Assembly (NCBI GenBank): GCA_964016885.1
Contig: OZ024740.1
Location: 54,808,001-54,872,000, forward strand
DNA from: Eledone cirrhosa
Taxonomy: Eukaryota
Length of the DNA stretch: 64,000 bases
Direction of reading: 5' to 3'
Each line of letters starts with the position of its first letter. The first letter of the stretch is position 1. Below are positions 60,808-64,000 of the stretch, piece by piece. Made by a program: the position numbers and the translations under genes. Under the pieces are notes generated by a model. The model had not been told where the DNA came from. It searched no databases and was given only the letters and a program-made list of their open reading frames with translations.

Positions 60808-60915
60808 AGTCCGCCGAGGTTAACTTTGCCTTTCATCCTTACGGGGTCGATAAAATAAAGTACCAGTAATACACTGGGTTTTGCTGGCCTTGTGCCAAAA
60901 GTAGAAACAATTATT
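60808..60915 (+). mobile_element. 5'-truncated tRNA-derived SINE
   Basis: Family core and tail; ATTATTAGAGTC present on both sides (possible TSD). Confidence 0.8.
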
Positions 60916-61095
60916 AGAGTCATTGGTGTACGTAAATTATGTTGATAAAACTATATGGAACACCTAGTTATAATTTCATTTGTCTCCCCTTAGTTAATTA
61001 TAATGGTATAGACAATTATCGTTTTCTCTCATTCAGCTTTCAAATGAAAACCAACAGAAGTACATGTTCGTGTATGCGCATGTGTAATTGCATGC

Positions 61096-61179
<84 letters not shown>

Positions 61180-61199
61180 ATATATATGTTTGTCTACTG

Positions 61200-61230
<31 letters not shown>

Positions 61231-61262
61231 AAATGTATGTATATATATATGTTTGTCTACTG

Positions 61263-61326
<64 letters not shown>

Positions 61327-61344
61327 TATATATATATATATACA

Positions 61345-61702
61345 TAATTTGTATTCGATGATTAAAGCGTCCGTATGCGGTAGGCCGTGTGAGCACTCGA
61401 TGCCCTCGTAGAGCAGAGTATGATATCACAGAAAAAAGAGAATCAGTGTTGCGACGAAAAGAATTTATTGGACATATTACAATTGTTTCTTGGGCGACCA
61501 GCTCGAGCCACGGTCGATATGGTGATCCAACCTGACTCTGGAAAATCTGCTTCATAGAATCGAGACGTATCCGAGGACCGCGCGATTTCAGAGTCTGGTT
61601 TGATCACCATATCGATCGTGCCTCGAGCTGGTCGCCTGAGAAACAATTGTAATATGTCCAATAAATTCTTTTCGTCGCAACACTGATTCTCTTTTTTCTG
61701 TG

Positions 61703-61705
<3 letters not shown>
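61345..61705 (-). mobile_element. Fold-back insert with long GC-rich hairpin carrying hammerhead 3' halves
   Basis: 61422-61540 is inverted at ~61585-61705; GAAA CAATTG TA at 61640-61651 and its complement at 61478-61489; unique left tail to ~61345; TA-flanked. Confidence 0.75.
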
Positions 61706-61794
<89 letters not shown>

Positions 61795-62661
61795 TTTTGT
61801 ATGTATGAATGTATGAATGATATATGTATGTATGATATATGTATGTGTGTGCCTACTTATTCATAGCGTAGTCAGAATTTGCTTCGAACTTATTCTAATT
61901 TGCAAATAAAATTACCTGCCTCACTTGGTACCATTAAATATGCACTGTTGCTGCTGTTGTTGCTGTCATCCTTATTCTGTTCCTGTTAATTCTTTCTTTC
62001 ACTTACATTTTTCTCTCTCTCTTTTTTTTTTTTCAATTATCTTTTGTTCGTTATTCTGACATAAAGCATGGTTCTCATTATTCCAAACTTGTCAGAAATT
62101 CTTCGTTGGTGAGTTGGTCGTGTGGTTAGAGTAGAGCACAAGATGTGATGATATAATTGATCCTGCTCTCTGCACTTCGTTTTAAGTTACACCTCTCTCA
62201 ACAATGCTTTCATACTTTCAGGAGTCTATAAAAGAATGTGACGGAGTCGAAGATAATAGAGCTTAGGAAAAGATGCATGATTTATTTGTAGCCACAGTTT
62301 GCGGTTCAAATCTCGGTCTATTTACGTGGTAGATTTTATTCGTAGCCCGGATTAGTAGTACCAACAGCCTTTTGGTGCCTGTAACGGAGTAAATTCTTTT
62401 GCATGCCTTCGAGGTAATTCATTTGCGTGAGGGTAGATCATACACGTCCCACCTGTCAAGGACTTATTGCCCATTTGAAACTTATCAAACAGTAATAAAT
62501 ATATATTAATTGAATACAATAATCAATAATGAATCATAAGTTCTCTCTTCAAAGGTAGGGCCATGGCTGTTGCAATAATTGTTGTAATTGTTTTTCATTT
62601 GAAGTTAATTTATTCAATAAAATCCCGCACATGTACACACACACATACATACACACACACA

Positions 62662-62776
<115 letters not shown>

Positions 62777-62919
62777 TTCTCTCTCTCTCTTTCTCTCTCA
62801 CACACACGCACACATACACACACACATATATTTATATATACTTTGGAATAGCCATGCTGCCAAGAACAACACACGCACCTGTTGGTTTTAAGAAATCTTG
62901 TAAAACAAATACGCACACA

Positions 62920-63011
<92 letters not shown>

Positions 63012-63034
63012 CATATATATATATATACACATAT

Positions 63035-63097
<63 letters not shown>

Positions 63098-63661
63098 CAT
63101 ATATATATGTGTGTGTGTGTATGTATGTATGCGTGTGAGTGTTTGTCTTATTTATATACATGTAAATGTATGCATACATACATACATACATACATACATA
63201 CACATACATACATACATACATACATACATACATACATACATACATACACATACATACATACATACATACATACATACATACATACATACATACATACATA
63301 CATACATACATACATACATACATACATACATGGATGGATGGCTATATAATGTAGAAAGTTTCTAAACTTATTTTCGTCTGCTATTCGTAAACTCACATTG
63401 TTTACTACCTACTTGACATTTCATCATCCTCATATTCTTCATTTTTTTCTCATATTCTTTCTTTTTTCTTTTTTTCCTTTCTTTTTATATATTCCTAAAT
63501 TTCACCCTCTTATCCTTCCGAGTCATTTTTATATATATTTTCTGGCGAATTATATTTTTCTCTTTCAATCACTTTCAGTTTCATATTTCTTCTCCACTTC
63601 GTTCCATACACATAGGTAAAATTTCACATCGCTCAATAACATGGTTTGAACTTTGAAAAAC

Positions 63662-63715
<54 letters not shown>

Positions 63716-64000
63716 CTTTTTTCAGGGAAATGGAAAATATATATATCTACATATGTAGATATATCCCCACCCCACTGTCAAGCGTGAACCTAATACCAAC
63801 ACTGTTCGTACTACACTCCTTGTTTTTTGTTATACATTTTTATATGTATATACATATATATATATTAATAAAAGGAATTCCAACTTTGTCTGATTTACTC
63901 GTTTTATTTACAATCCTTTAAAATTTATAATGGTATTAGAATGAAATAGTATGGTAGAATATTAAATGCTAAGTGTTATTTGAACAAGTACGTTCATGCT

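Overview
Eukaryotic, very AT-rich, microsatellite-dense DNA ((TA)n, (CA)n, (GA)n, (TATG)n, (GATA)n, (GGT)n). The dominant tRNA-derived SINE resembles octopod cephalopod SINEs as I recall them, so an octopus-like source is an inference. I find no credible host gene; nearly all ORFs in the track are microsatellite translations. Real coding remnants are retroelements: two near-intact 5'-truncated Penelope-like elements (PLE; RT + GIY-YIG), a PLE endonuclease C-terminus, RTE-, Tx1/L1-, CR1/L2- and R4-like LINE fragments. There is also a small non-autonomous Helitron. The main hidden structure is about 15 full or near-full type I hammerhead ribozyme (HHR) motifs of at least 8 sequence families on both strands, and about 15 palindromic fold-back inserts in (TA)n tracts. 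In several unrelated families the palindrome turns inside HHR stem II (or III): each arm carries the GAAA-stem III-UH half and the CUGANGA half is missing. Arms end at internal TAT/ATAT words that merge with the (TA)n target. This suggests a (TA)n-targeting PLE/retrozyme-like system in which ribozyme hairpins prime snap-back second-strand synthesis. All folds were read by eye and not computed.
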